Below the pieces are notes generated by a model, which saw nothing but the letters and a program-made list of their open reading frames with translations, had not been told where the DNA came from and made no database searches. Below are positions 39,687 through 50,100 of a stretch of 64,000 nucleotides of DNA, one piece after another; within the stretch, counting starts at the first letter, position 1, and each line of letters opens with the position of its first letter. The stretch is from Vulcanimicrobiota bacterium. Lineage in GTDB: Bacteria; Vulcanimicrobiota; Xenobia; Xenobiales; JADMJV01. The stretch lies in NCBI GenBank assembly GCA_050250895.1, contig JBFWNU010000001.1:2852891-2916890 (forward strand), read 5' to 3'. The position numbers and the translations under genes were made by a program.

Positions 39687-42600
39687 CTAGAGGTCAAATT
39701 CCCGGAGTCGCCTCGCAACCAACCGCCTTAGTTCTGGTAGCCGTGAAAAAAGTTGGTTACCGGGGCACTCTGTTGGCACCAGGTCACGATGGCCAACGAT
39801 CGAGTCTGGACTTATTTTGCTTGCGTAACATATTGACGCACAAAGCTCGACCAATCTCTCCCATTGCTCGGGTGGCATCTCGGTTTTGCGAAAATCACCA
39901 AAGTTTTCAATGCCAATAGAATTTGAGTTGTCCTCCTTGGTCCCGGCGTGGGCGCCCTGGACAGTAAAGCCTTTTCGCGCGGCCGCCAACGAGCCTTCCC
40001 GCCCCTCAAAGACAACACCATCTGATGATATCACGAACTGAACGCCAACATCGTCCCACGCGCGCTCAAAATCTATTCTCTGGAGGGATCTCATGTTCGC
40101 TCGCGCAGTTCCTTCGGCGTCATTCCTGGCTAACACTGGCAAGCTCCCAGTGTGATGAATCACAATAGATTTAGCCTCCCCGAGCTTAAACTCCCGCTTC
40201 GCGCGCAGGGCCCCCCATTCCGATCTGGTCACGACCTCATCCAGAGTCTTGAAAGGATTGGGCGGGGCGACAGCCATACTCTGAATCGGCCACGCGCGAA
40301 CCTTCGGCTTTGGTGGAGGAAAGCCCGGAGGTGGGCCCCAAGCCAAGACTAAGAGAAGACCCAAGCCAAGGCCAAACGCGGTGAGTCGCTCTATCATCTG
40401 GTCGAGGAGCCCGATCAGAGCGAACCCTTGACCAATTAGGTAGACAGTACAGGCCAGCACGGGAAGCCACTCTTGGGCACCAACCAAATTCAAGGCAACC
40501 GCCAGCATCAATCCAGAAAGGGCCAGACGCCATCGTGGAGCCGAGTTGCCAGGAAGTTGGCCGATTTCCCAAATCCAATAGAGGGTCAGCAACAACCAGC
40601 CAAACCGCCCCGTGGAGGTGGAATATAAGATTGCGAGCACCGCTCGACCTGGAAGAGGAGTATTGAGATCCAGGCATCGCTCTGGGGCTACTCGATCCCA
40701 TAATCTGGCAACTTTCTGTCTCCAGATTGCCATCGCCAATACGAACGCGATAAGGAGCACCTCCGAAACGGGCTTGGCGCGGCCGGCCAGTTCAGCCAGA
40801 TAGAGGTCCAAAAGGAAGAGTGAGGTCAAGAAGCAGGCAAGTAGAAAGATGACTTCCAAAAATGACTGACGACAGGCAAGACGAGTGAACACAATCCGTC
40901 GAATTCCGTAGAGTGAAAAGACCAGAAACGCGATGAAGGGAAACGCGATGAAGGCTCCCGATGGCCAAGGAAAACTAAAGATGATCGCTGGCCACACGAG
41001 TAGTCCTGCGAATAGCCCACCCCGCGGCATCTCGTTGAAGGAGCCCTTTACCACCAGTTGGAGAGCCCGCTCCGGGTCGATTCGGTCCACCGCGCTCAGC
41101 GGGCGCCTGATTTGGAATGGGGCCCGGTGTTGCCACAGAATTCCCAGACATCCGCAACACATCATCAAGACAGCCCCGACGGGCTCGACAGCGAAACCGA
41201 AGGGAATCGAAAAAAGTAGCGCTCGATAGAGGCGCCCCTTCCGTTCTCCGTTGCCGAAGAGCAAAATGGCGCTTAACAAGGCCGCGAAGAGAATACCCAC
41301 GGGTCGCGGCCACCACAGAGCCGCAACCGTGCCCAGAACCACTGATCCTATCGTAGTCGGGATGGCCGAATGATGCTGCCCTATCTCGAGTGAGGCTCGG
41401 AGTTCCTTCAGAGCAGTCCACAAACGAAGCCGGACCCGTTGACGCTCGCCATCGTCCAGGGTAATTGAGCCCTCCGCACCATCTTCCGTTTCAGGCACAC
41501 TGGTGTCGTGCAAATGTCTGACGAGGTCGGCGACTTGTTCGCTTTGGGCTCGCGCCTCTTCGCGCGGGAGGCTTGCCAGCAACCAATCCCTCAGCCACGT
41601 TGGTATGGATCCGGTGCGAAACCAGGGGAGTCGGAAAAGTTTGAGCAGAGAGGCAGTGCCCCGTTCACCAGTGGGTCGCCCGGCTAGAAGTGCGAGCGTC
41701 AGATCGAAATGAAGACTCCTGTAGGTAGCGCAACTCTGAAGCACCCGAAAGTGGTCGTGCCCCAGGTATGCTTCCAACTGATTCAGGAACTCTTCGATTT
41801 TCTGCGGACTAGGAGGGCGCGGCGCCGTCCACGTCCGCTCGTCAAGTTGGAGAGCCAAAGGATATCCCTCTTCCGCTGGGTAAAGTTGCTCCTTCGCTCC
41901 ACTCGTTAAAGCATCCAAGCCCTCGTAGCTGAATGGAGAAATCAAAATCCCCGACTGCTTCAACCTGTTAAGCAACTCAGGGAACTCCAAAACGTCGGGT
42001 AGCGCCATCACTCGAACAATGCGCTCGCGCGAGAGTTGGAGCAACCATTTGAGTGGTTGAAAGGAGAATGCCTGGTGGAGACTCCTCGGTGCGGCGAATA
42101 CCCACACCTCGCTCGGGTTGAGTCGACCGAACAACTCCTCCCGGTGAAGCCACTGACCTCTGTAGCGCACAAACCTGGGTTCGCCCTCAAAATAGGCCCA
42201 ATGGACGGGGAGACTAGCGTCTAGGAGTTGTTGGGCGAAGCCTTCGAACAACCGAGCTTGGTGGTCAAGATGGGACCGCCGCTCTATTAGGAAGAAGTAG
42301 ACCTTCAACCTGGTTGTCTGATGGTACACTGGCGTGAAAAGCCCAGCATGGCGGACAGTGGCTTTCACCGACCGGCCAATGCTCAGCACCGGTTCTGCCG
42401 AGGCCTTCTTAAGTGCCAGACTCCGGACAAGCCGAGCGAGCAGATTGTGGTCAAACCAGCGTGACCCCGTCAGTTTGCGCTGAGAGTGACGTCTGAGAGA
42501 CACTTCCCACGCTTTTCTTACCAGGACTGGTTCAATGCGGGATAGCTTCGTCATGGCGACGAGGAGACAGGCAAGTCCGAGGCTCGCCAAAGTGGCGGTA

Positions 42601-44099
42601 AGAACCCAATCCGGCAGGAGCGGGGGCCTAGAAACAATTGAGGCACCAAGGTTCCATACCTTGAAGTTCCTTTCCAAATCCACAAGTCTTAGTTCTGGGC
42701 AGGAGGTGAACAACCAACGTCCATCTGCGCTGGTCAGTAGAGAGATAATCGACCCCTCCAGCTTGATACTGGAGACCTCACTACGCTTGGCCAAATCCCA
42801 TATTCTAACACGACCGTCCTCTTGTCCGAGAAGGAGCCGCTTATCCGGCGACCAGGTGAGCGTGGTAATTGGGCTCTCGGCTCTAGGAATGGTGGCGAGC
42901 AGTCGGTCGTATTCCCAGACTTGAACGGACCCATCCACTAGGAGGAGCCCGGCTTCCCCATCGGGGTGGCAAACCGCTTTCGCAACCGCCCGGCTAAGGG
43001 TCGCGCGCCGTGAAGCCTCGCCCTTGCTCATCCAATCGATCTCATTCTCACCAACCGCCGTTACAGCACGGTCGCCAGCCACTGCCAAAACTCGGTGCCC
43101 GATCGATCCCAACCGAAACGGGATGGGTGGGAGCATTTTGCCATCGCCATCGGCTCGTCCATCGATTCCGGCCACTAATGCCACTTCTCCATCGGCCAAG
43201 CCGCAGGTCAACGTCGGCCACTCGGACCCCCTCCCGGCCATCAGTGCTGTCACCGGTGCGGATCCGATCTCAATTTGAAAGCTGCGGATTGTCGGATCTT
43301 CAGCCGGCCGAAATGACCTGACATCAAAAACCCAGACACTCCCGTTTCCGTCACCTACGGCTAGGACTCGACCTGCCGCCACCAACTTCGTTATTGGACC
43401 GCCCCTCCACGGCGTCTCCGTTCGCCGCCCGTCGATCCAGAGGTCCAGTTTCTCACCTGATGCGACCGCAAGATAACCAGCCCCTGCGACAATCGGGGTT
43501 GTGATGGACGAATCGATTTGACCGAGGTCTTCGTAACCGTTAGTCTTTTCAAGATAGCGCTCAGAGAGTGTCCACATCCGCAGACTGCCGTCCGCGCCCA
43601 ATGCAAAGAGCGAAGAACCGCCGTGAGACTTACTAAAATTTGAAGAGTTCGGTGTCGGAATGACCGAAGGTTGGGGGGGAGCTTGAGGAACCATGTTCGT
43701 GCGACTGACATCCGACAGAAGGTCAGCGGGTGCGGTTGTGCGCGGCGGGCAGAACTTATAGGTCAGTATGAGAACTGTGCTAAGAAGGAGCGCGACTATC
43801 CACCACCTGGACTTTGGCACGGTTGGCGGCTCAACAACTGGCTCTGGCCCAGAACCAGCACTCTCAAGCCGGAGCCACTGAGCGAAGTCTCGCGAAAAGG
43901 TCTCCTGCTCCGGGGCACTTTTGACCAGAATTGGTCTCAGAAAGTCGCGTGCATCAGCGAGTCTGAACTCAGGGTTTCCTCTAACCAAGTTCTTTAGGAG
44001 TGCGTGGCCCCTTAGCCTCTCTCGAACTCCAACGCTATATCCTCGCCCCTCAAGAAATTCAAACAGCCGATCCAGCGTCGTCGGACTAGGAATCAACAA
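39687..44099 (-). CDS. MoxR-associated protein: TM + WD40 propeller + TM + degenerate vWA-like region + multi-TM + C-terminal Amidase_2/PGRP-like domain
   Basis: WD repeats (DGSLRMW, GSVWVFD, WSPD...DGRVRIWD); SIGRSVKATVRHAGLFTPVY...FLIERRSHLDHQ (vWA-like); many hydrophobic segments; VVTRSEWGA, IVIHHTG, GAH, SIGIE, GHRD, TECPG. Confidence 0.8.
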   Translation of the reverse strand: MLIPSPTTLDRLFEFLEGRGYSVGVRERLRGHALLKNLVRGNPEFRLADARDFLRPILVKSAPEQETFSRDFAQWLRLESAGSGPEPVVEPPTVPKSRWWIVALLLSTVLILTYKFCPPRTTAPADLLSDVSRTNMVPQAPPQPSVIPTPNSSNFSKSHGGSSLFALGADGSLRMWTLSERYLEKTNGYEDLGQIDSSITTPIVAGAGYLAVASGEKLDLWIDGRRTETPWRGGPITKLVAAGRVLAVGDGNGSVWVFDVRSFRPAEDPTIRSFQIEIGSAPVTALMAGRGSEWPTLTCGLADGEVALVAGIDGRADGDGKMLPPIPFRLGSIGHRVLAVAGDRAVTAVGENEIDWMSKGEASRRATLSRAVAKAVCHPDGEAGLLLVDGSVQVWEYDRLLATIPRAESPITTLTWSPDKRLLLGQEDGRVRIWDLAKRSEVSSIKLEGSIISLLTSADGRWLFTSCPELRLVDLERNFKVWNLGASIVSRPPLLPDWVLTATLASLGLACLLVAMTKLSRIEPVLVRKAWEVSLRRHSQRKLTGSRWFDHNLLARLVRSLALKKASAEPVLSIGRSVKATVRHAGLFTPVYHQTTRLKVYFFLIERRSHLDHQARLFEGFAQQLLDASLPVHWAYFEGEPRFVRYRGQWLHREELFGRLNPSEVWVFAAPRSLHQAFSFQPLKWLLQLSRERIVRVMALPDVLEFPELLNRLKQSGILISPFSYEGLDALTSGAKEQLYPAEEGYPLALQLDERTWTAPRPPSPQKIEEFLNQLEAYLGHDHFRVLQSCATYRSLHFDLTLALLAGRPTGERGTASLLKLFRLPWFRTGSIPTWLRDWLLASLPREEARAQSEQVADLVRHLHDTSVPETEDGAEGSITLDDGERQRVRLRLWTALKELRASLEIGQHHSAIPTTIGSVVLGTVAALWWPRPVGILFAALLSAILLFGNGERKGRLYRALLFSIPFGFAVEPVGAVLMMCCGCLGILWQHRAPFQIRRPLSAVDRIDPERALQLVVKGSFNEMPRGGLFAGLLVWPAIIFSFPWPSGAFIAFPFIAFLVFSLYGIRRIVFTRLACRQSFLEVIFLLACFLTSLFLLDLYLAELAGRAKPVSEVLLIAFVLAMAIWRQKVARLWDRVAPERCLDLNTPLPGRAVLAILYSTSTGRFGWLLLTLYWIWEIGQLPGNSAPRWRLALSGLMLAVALNLVGAQEWLPVLACTVYLIGQGFALIGLLDQMIERLTAFGLGLGLLLVLAWGPPPGFPPPKPKVRAWPIQSMAVAPPNPFKTLDEVVTRSEWGALRAKREFKLGEAKSIVIHHTGSLPVLARNDAEGTARANMRSLQRIDFERAWDDVGVQFVISSDGVVFEGREGSLAAARKGFTVQGAHAGTKEDNSNSIGIENFGDFRKTEMPPEQWERLVELCASICYASKISPDSIVGHRDLVPTECPGNQLFSRLPELRRLVARRLREFDL

Positions 44100-45024
44100 A
44101 CTCTCTGACCCACTCTAACGAAGGTGGCATATCCTCCTTGGCCTTTACCAAAAGGCCGAGGCTAGCGCTAAGGCGCTCGACTGCCCAAGACCAGTCGGGA
44201 CTATCGACCTCGTGAAGCCAGACCATGAACTCCCCCGTGCTCGGGATCCGGACCAGTCCACGCTCGCGCAGCCCAATAAAGAAGTCTAAAGCTTTGTCCA
44301 ATCGGTCTAGTCGCTCAAGACGCGTTGAAACCATCGCCTTTAGCTCTTCTTTCTCTGGAAGCGGAATATGGAAGTAGGCGCAGCGGCGGAGGAAGGGGCT
44401 CGGAAGAAGCGATTCCGCATTGCTTGTCAAGAAAATGATGGGACTGCAGGCTGGGTTCGCTTCTAGTTTCACTCTGTGCGGCAATTCTGTCATTTCGAAA
44501 GATGGAGCGTCCTCGAAGGCTGCAAGCAAATCGTTGGGGAAATCTCTCGGAGCCTTATCAATTTCGTCGATGAGGACCAAGCTTCGCACAGGCTCGGTGC
44601 CACACTCTGAGTTCCATAGGCTGAGCTCACGCGGCCGACCCTCGCCGTCCCTTCCCCAGGACCTAAGAATTGCCTTGCCTAGGGCGTTAAAGGTGACAAA
44701 AGATGTCGGCTCGATCGTCTCTCCCTCAGCGCGTAGCTGAGCAGCCCTGAAGTGCCCGATGTGGTCGAAGCTATAGAAAAGATCCTGGTAGCAGGTTGAA
44801 GATCTGGCATTAAACCGATATACAGGCACGCGGAGCTCATTTCCCACATAATAGGCCAGTTGTGTCTTTCCGACTCCTGGATCGCCGGTGACCAAAAACG
44901 GGAGGCCGAGCGTTAGGGCACTCTGTACAGCCTTCTTTAACTCGGGAGAAGCTATATATTCTTGAGGTCGAAATTTCGGTGGTAGGGTTGCTGGAAGGAT
45001 AAAATCCCCTGCCTTCTTGGTCAT
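44086..45024 (-). CDS. MoxR-family AAA+ ATPase
   Basis: ATG 45024 (ATGA overlap); GDPGVGKT, LIDEIDKAPRDFPNDLL, TSN, PFLRRC. Confidence 0.92.
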   Translation of the reverse strand: MTKKAGDFILPATLPPKFRPQEYIASPELKKAVQSALTLGLPFLVTGDPGVGKTQLAYYVGNELRVPVYRFNARSSTCYQDLFYSFDHIGHFRAAQLRAEGETIEPTSFVTFNALGKAILRSWGRDGEGRPRELSLWNSECGTEPVRSLVLIDEIDKAPRDFPNDLLAAFEDAPSFEMTELPHRVKLEANPACSPIIFLTSNAESLLPSPFLRRCAYFHIPLPEKEELKAMVSTRLERLDRLDKALDFFIGLRERGLVRIPSTGEFMVWLHEVDSPDWSWAVERLSASLGLLVKAKEDMPPSLEWVREFVDS

Positions 45025-46340
45025 TTGGCGTCTCCAAAAAAATGCGGCTTGAGAATGTCGCCAATGCGCTCTACCCAAATCTCCATGGTCAACGGCTCTT
45101 CGAGTATTTTTCTGGCTTGTGATTCTATTTGCTTTAGTTGGTAGGCTCCACACCACCGCGGAAGGTGCTCTAGATTGATCTTCTCGAAGCCGTCGATTCG
45201 AATACATTCGGCGCCGGGTCCGTTCAACCACGACTCCACGTCCCGCTGCGAGAGTGTGCTTTGAGCGGATGGGTTGAACCAGGTAGCCAACTTTGCCAAC
45301 AGCCCAGGTTCGCGGTATTCTAGAAAAAAGATCACAGAAGCCTGGGGATTTCTGCCGAGACTCTTTTTGAGCAGTCGAAGATATTCACCGAAACGGGGCT
45401 GCATCATTTTCCTTAGAGTCTCTTTCTGGCAGACATATTGATAAAGGAGTCGGGGGCCCCTTCCTACCTGTGAAATCAACTCTCTCTCCACTTCATCCGG
45501 TTCCCAACTCTCCAAGGGCGGGATGTCCAAGCTACGGGGTTCCTGGGGATGTGCGGCGAGATGATCGGTGAAGCGAGAGATGACGTGGCCTGCTAACCCA
45601 AACGCTGCGAACATTTGGCTGCGTTCTCTTTGTCCGGCCCTAAAGAGCTCTCTCTGCGAGTGCCGATTGACCAGGTATTCAACTACTCCCAGTCCCGGCC
45701 GAGAGGGTCCGCACGTAGGGCTCCCATTCCTCCCACCCGCTTCTAGTTCGAACGTGAAATCCCCACACACACTGCGATAACTGTCCAACTTTGGGTCTTT
45801 TCGAACCTCTCGTAGCAACTCTTCTTGCCGCCAACGACCAACCCACAAGATGTCTTTGACATCAATATCGCGACCAAACGGGTGATTCGTTTTTGGTTTG
45901 GTATCGGAGGCTTCCCAACGCTCGTCAAACTGTTTGAAGAACTGCTGTCGGAGTTCATCTTCCCTTTGGCTTTGACCCTCGTCGCTGTCCGCCAAAAAGT
46001 AGAGGGCGCAGTTTGCCGTATTTGTCATCTTGCCAATGAAGAACTCAAGTTCAAGGTATACCCAGCTCTTCTTTCTCGTCAGATTATTGATTGTGTTTTC
46101 AGAGACAAAGACTACCAAGCCTGCCGAGCTCCTCAAACCAGCAGCGAGTTTGGGCGTGATGCCGTCGCCGGGCTTGATAACCGCTTCGTCCAGGAAGACG
46201 GAGAGAGCGTGTTTACCTACTTCGCGAACCTTGAGCGAATCATAAACACTACGCACCCAGCCGCGCTCATGATGGTCTTGACCCTTGTCCCGGCTGTCGT
46301 GCGAAAGGAACAAATCGTAATGTTGATTATCGTCAGCCAT
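45021..46340 (-). CDS. TIR domain + probable inactive STAND (iSTAND)-like domain protein
   Basis: YDLFLSHDSRDK, VFLD, SWVYLEL; C-terminal YLVNRHSQ... region directly upstream of MoxR. iSTAND call is inferred from context. Confidence 0.7.
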   Translation of the reverse strand: MADDNQHYDLFLSHDSRDKGQDHHERGWVRSVYDSLKVREVGKHALSVFLDEAVIKPGDGITPKLAAGLRSSAGLVVFVSENTINNLTRKKSWVYLELEFFIGKMTNTANCALYFLADSDEGQSQREDELRQQFFKQFDERWEASDTKPKTNHPFGRDIDVKDILWVGRWRQEELLREVRKDPKLDSYRSVCGDFTFELEAGGRNGSPTCGPSRPGLGVVEYLVNRHSQRELFRAGQRERSQMFAAFGLAGHVISRFTDHLAAHPQEPRSLDIPPLESWEPDEVERELISQVGRGPRLLYQYVCQKETLRKMMQPRFGEYLRLLKKSLGRNPQASVIFFLEYREPGLLAKLATWFNPSAQSTLSQRDVESWLNGPGAECIRIDGFEKINLEHLPRWCGAYQLKQIESQARKILEEPLTMEIWVERIGDILKPHFFGDAK

Positions 46341-46353
46341 GTAACGGAGTGGA

Positions 46354-46374
46354 ACTGCGAAACGAATTCGCAGT
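46354..46374. other. Intergenic hairpin / palindrome
   Basis: ACTGCGAA-acgaa-TTCGCAGT, a perfect 8-bp inverted repeat between the two TIR genes. Confidence 0.45.
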
Positions 46375-46410
46375 CCAGCCGCCCTTATCCTGTCAACCTA
46401 TCTGCGATGC

Positions 46411-47145
46411 CTAGCCAAAGAAGGCGTCGAAAATGTGCGGGGAAAGGAGGAGGACGAGAAAAAAAAGCCAGGCGATGTTGACCTCGAGTTTACCCAACGG
46501 GGTTTCCCTCTCCGGGTCTTGCTTCAGGCCACCGAGGCCTGCGTCGTTTTGGCCGCTCTCAGGAAACTCATCAATTGATGGGGCCTTCTTTTGTATGTCA
46601 TTGATTGAAGGCGATTCCTCTCGCCATGATCCGGCCGGGGTTCCCCCCTCGAAAGGCCGGGATAGGGTGAAGCTGATTCCTTCGGCGAGAAGCTCGGCTT
46701 GTTGTAGCCACTCCGGTTGACCCGGGTGGAGTAACGCCTCGCGACCGTCTGTGTGGAGGAAGAAGCGAATCTGCTTAAACCTGGATAGAAGGTCCCAAAT
46801 CTCCTCAGCCGCCCGACTACGAGGTATTTCTGATTGGAGCAGGATGGGAACGACCTTTGACATACCGTGATTACCAAGAAACGCGGATAGCTCATATCGA
46901 CACCATTCGGACTCGAAGTAGGCCCGAGAAACAATGCAGAGTAACAGCCGGCTGCGCCCAAGCACCCTCTCTGCTTCAAATTCGACACCCGCTGAGAGAC
47001 CGGTGTCATTGAAGATTTTGGTGGGGCGGCCGATGTGCGCCGTAATCCTTTGCTGGAGGAACACCATTAGGGACTCCACCCACTCGGCATCTTCCCCTGT
47101 GTAGCTTATGTATAGGTCGTAGTCAGGGTCGTCTCGGATATTCAT
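46411..47145 (-). CDS. TIR domain protein with C-terminal TM anchor
   Basis: YDLYISY, KIFND, SEWCRYEL, VVPILL; C-terminal IAWLFFLVLLLSP. Confidence 0.85.
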   Translation of the reverse strand: MNIRDDPDYDLYISYTGEDAEWVESLMVFLQQRITAHIGRPTKIFNDTGLSAGVEFEAERVLGRSRLLLCIVSRAYFESEWCRYELSAFLGNHGMSKVVPILLQSEIPRSRAAEEIWDLLSRFKQIRFFLHTDGREALLHPGQPEWLQQAELLAEGISFTLSRPFEGGTPAGSWREESPSINDIQKKAPSIDEFPESGQNDAGLGGLKQDPERETPLGKLEVNIAWLFFLVLLLSPHIFDAFFG

Positions 47146-47150
47146 GAAAT

Positions 47151-50100
47151 TTAGTCCTCGCCGCTGCCCCTCGCTGGAAGTGCGTCAAGCACCCGCCGGT
47201 CCCAACCCTTCGGTCGGACATCGGGGCACTTGGCAAGGGCCTTGCCGGTCGGCGGGGTTTCGGGTTTTAGACAAGCGAGGTCGGCGGGCTCCATCAAGGC
47301 TCTTCGACTCAAAGCCGCCCTCGCCTGCGTCCCTGACATCAAATCACTGCTCCCAAACAGACAAGCCTCACAGCCATCCGGGCACAGTCGTCCCGCGAAG
47401 CGAAAGACTTGCTCGGCCAGTCGCTCTTCGGGGCTCATCCCGGCCTCATGCGAGACGCCCTCCAGTCCCCGATAGGCGGCAAGTAGGCCCGCCAACTGTG
47501 GCGAGCGGCCGTCCTGAGCTGCTTTCACCGCTCCCGTTACCAGTTCCCAGGTCGACGGGGCCCTGGGCATCGACTGGGCCAGTTCGGCCTCGACCGCTCG
47601 CACTTCGCGAACCAGGTCGAAGAAGTCGAACTGCTCCACGCCGACCGTCTCGCGACCGTGCAACAACTGCACCAGGCGTCCAAGGTCACCATCCACGCTC
47701 AATTCGGTCCGTAGCGCCTCGACGAGAGCTGCCCGGTCGAGCGAGCGCCACCGCTCGTGCTGCTCGCTCATGGCCAGCATCCGGTCCACCGCCGCGTCCT
47801 CGCGAGCGTTCGGACAGTCCACCAGGCCATGGTCCCGAACCTCGTCGAGGGCCTCTTCGAAGCTCTCCAAAAAGGTCCGGGTGGTCCCGTCCCCGTGGTC
47901 ACCGTTCTCCACCACCGAGATGATGTCGTGAGACTCGGCCCCAAATTGCAGAGGCAGCCGAGCGTGAAAGAGCACCCGGCGCTCGTCCCCCCGCCCATAG
48001 AGCACGAAGAGGTCCCGCAGACGCATCGCCAACCCATGCAGAAAGAGCGACCGAAGGTAACCCCGAAAGACCTCCGCGTCGCTGACATCGGTGACGATCT
48101 TGCGAAAGGTGTCGGCGAAGCCGGCCCGCTCCAGCACCTTTTCCAGCTTGTCGATGCGCCGCTCGGTCAGCAACGGGTGATAGCGCAAGACGTTGCGATA
48201 GGTCTCTCGCAGCAGGTTCATCATCCTGGTCTGGTCCCACCGCCCCCGCAACACTTTCTTCCCTTCGTCACTGGCGGCCGCGCTCACGAACAACTCGGCC
48301 AGGCGGTTGGCTTCGAAGCTATTCACGCCGAGGCCCGATAGCCTGCTCTCCATCAAATAGGCCAGTAACTTGCCCCGATAGTGGCGCTCCTCGCCCGGAT
48401 TGGCCTGGAGATGCTCCAGCATGGCATCGACCCGAGCATCGAGCTTGGCGCTGTCGACGTGAAACCGCACTCCCTCGGTCTCGACCTGATAGCCGTGCAG
48501 CAGGGTCTTGTCGGTCTTGGGATAGACGAAGGTCTGGGTGAACTCGGCGTCCTGGGTCTTGGTGTCTTTGAGCTTCAGCGACACGTCGGCCCCCCAGTAT
48601 AGGCGGGTGACCCGCAGCCCCGTGCCCGGCCGGTCGGATGAGCCGACAAAGGCCTCGACTTTCTCGAACAGGTCAGATAGGTCGGTGGGGGTGATGTCGC
48701 TGCCGCGGCCGTCTTCAGCCGCCACCACCAGAAAGCCCCGTAGGAATGAGCGACTCTTTTCGGTGGCCGGCAGGCCCGGCTCTTGCTGTTGCTTGTCTCG
48801 CTTGATGAGACCGTGGCCCTCGCGATAGAGCCAACCCGAGGTGAAGCTGGCGCCAGACATTTTCCCGCCGAGGTCGAGGTCGAGGGTCTTCGGACGGCAG
48901 ATCTTGGGGTAGATCTCGGCCCCAAGGCCATCCCGCACCTCGACGGGCAGCTCGCGACGAAAGTCTTCTCCGCTCTGTTCCTGACCGGTGAGCGTGAAGC
49001 CGGTGCTGTCGCGATAGTCGCTCAAGAAGGGGCTGCGACCGGGCGTGGGGGGCACCCAGTGGACCGTCCCCATGCCGTAGCGGCGGGTCATATTGCCCGG
49101 GGCGCACTCGGTAAAGGCCAGGGTGATATCGACAGGCACCGGGTCTCGCGCATCGGGATGGCGCACCATCAGCAGCGGCAGGTTGATCGAGTCAAACAGC
49201 CGCTGGGGCACCCAGGCCAGACTGCCACGCCACGTCGAGGGCTCTGCGGTCACGTCCAGTCCTTCCTCTTCCAGCAGCTGCTGAAACAAGGGAAGCGAGC
49301 TCTCGAGGCCGAGAATGGCGAACACCGTTGGCCCGCAGGCGGCCACGACCATCTCATCCGCCATGGTCACCAGTTGAGGCGCCACCTCGAGCTTGCCAGA
49401 GGTTCTTCTCAAGCCGTACTTTCCGGGATGCAGGGTTCGAAAGCGGGCCACGGCGTCGAGAGCGGTGGCGGCCGCCTGACCACGCACGACGAAATAGTTG
49501 CTGATGTTGAGCGGCACCGCGAAGTTGCGGGCATCGAGCATCCGCCGAGGCGAGCGAAAGTACCACGAGTCTCGCGAGGAATAGACCGACAACGTCACTC
49601 CCGTCACGGGACGGTCATCGGCTCCGCGGCCCCCTCGACCCTTGCGTTGGATGAAACTGGCTAGATTGCCCGGAGCATAGTGCTGATAGACGAGCGTCAT
49701 GTCGGGGTCGTCATAGCCCACCTCGAGAGTCGAGGTGGCAAAAATGAGGTCACTGTTCTGCAGCAGTTCTTCGGTGCGACCGCTGGTGCCTGAAAAGATG
49801 GGGCGGTGGGCTACCGTGAGAGGGTCGCCGGGGCGATAGCGTTTGCCGGCCATCCACTGAGCCTGGTCGGTGGCCGCGAAGAACCAACACTCGCCCTCAC
49901 GAAAGCGGTCACAAGAGAGCGGCTCCCTGCAGCAGGCGCGGCACGGCTCGCCGGTGGCCGGGTCGTCGTCAAGTAGTTCGGTGCGTAGCGCCGCCAGTTT
50001 GTTGGCCTCCGCATCCGAGTAATCGCTGTGCAGGCGCTTGAGTTTGTCGATCGAGTCGAGAAAGACCACGCCTCGAAAGCCGCCTTCTTTGCCGGTACGG

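Noticed and set aside
40925-40954. 15-bp tandem duplication GAAACGCGATGAAGG x2
   Set aside because: In-frame duplication inside a TM segment; only two units, no evidence of function.
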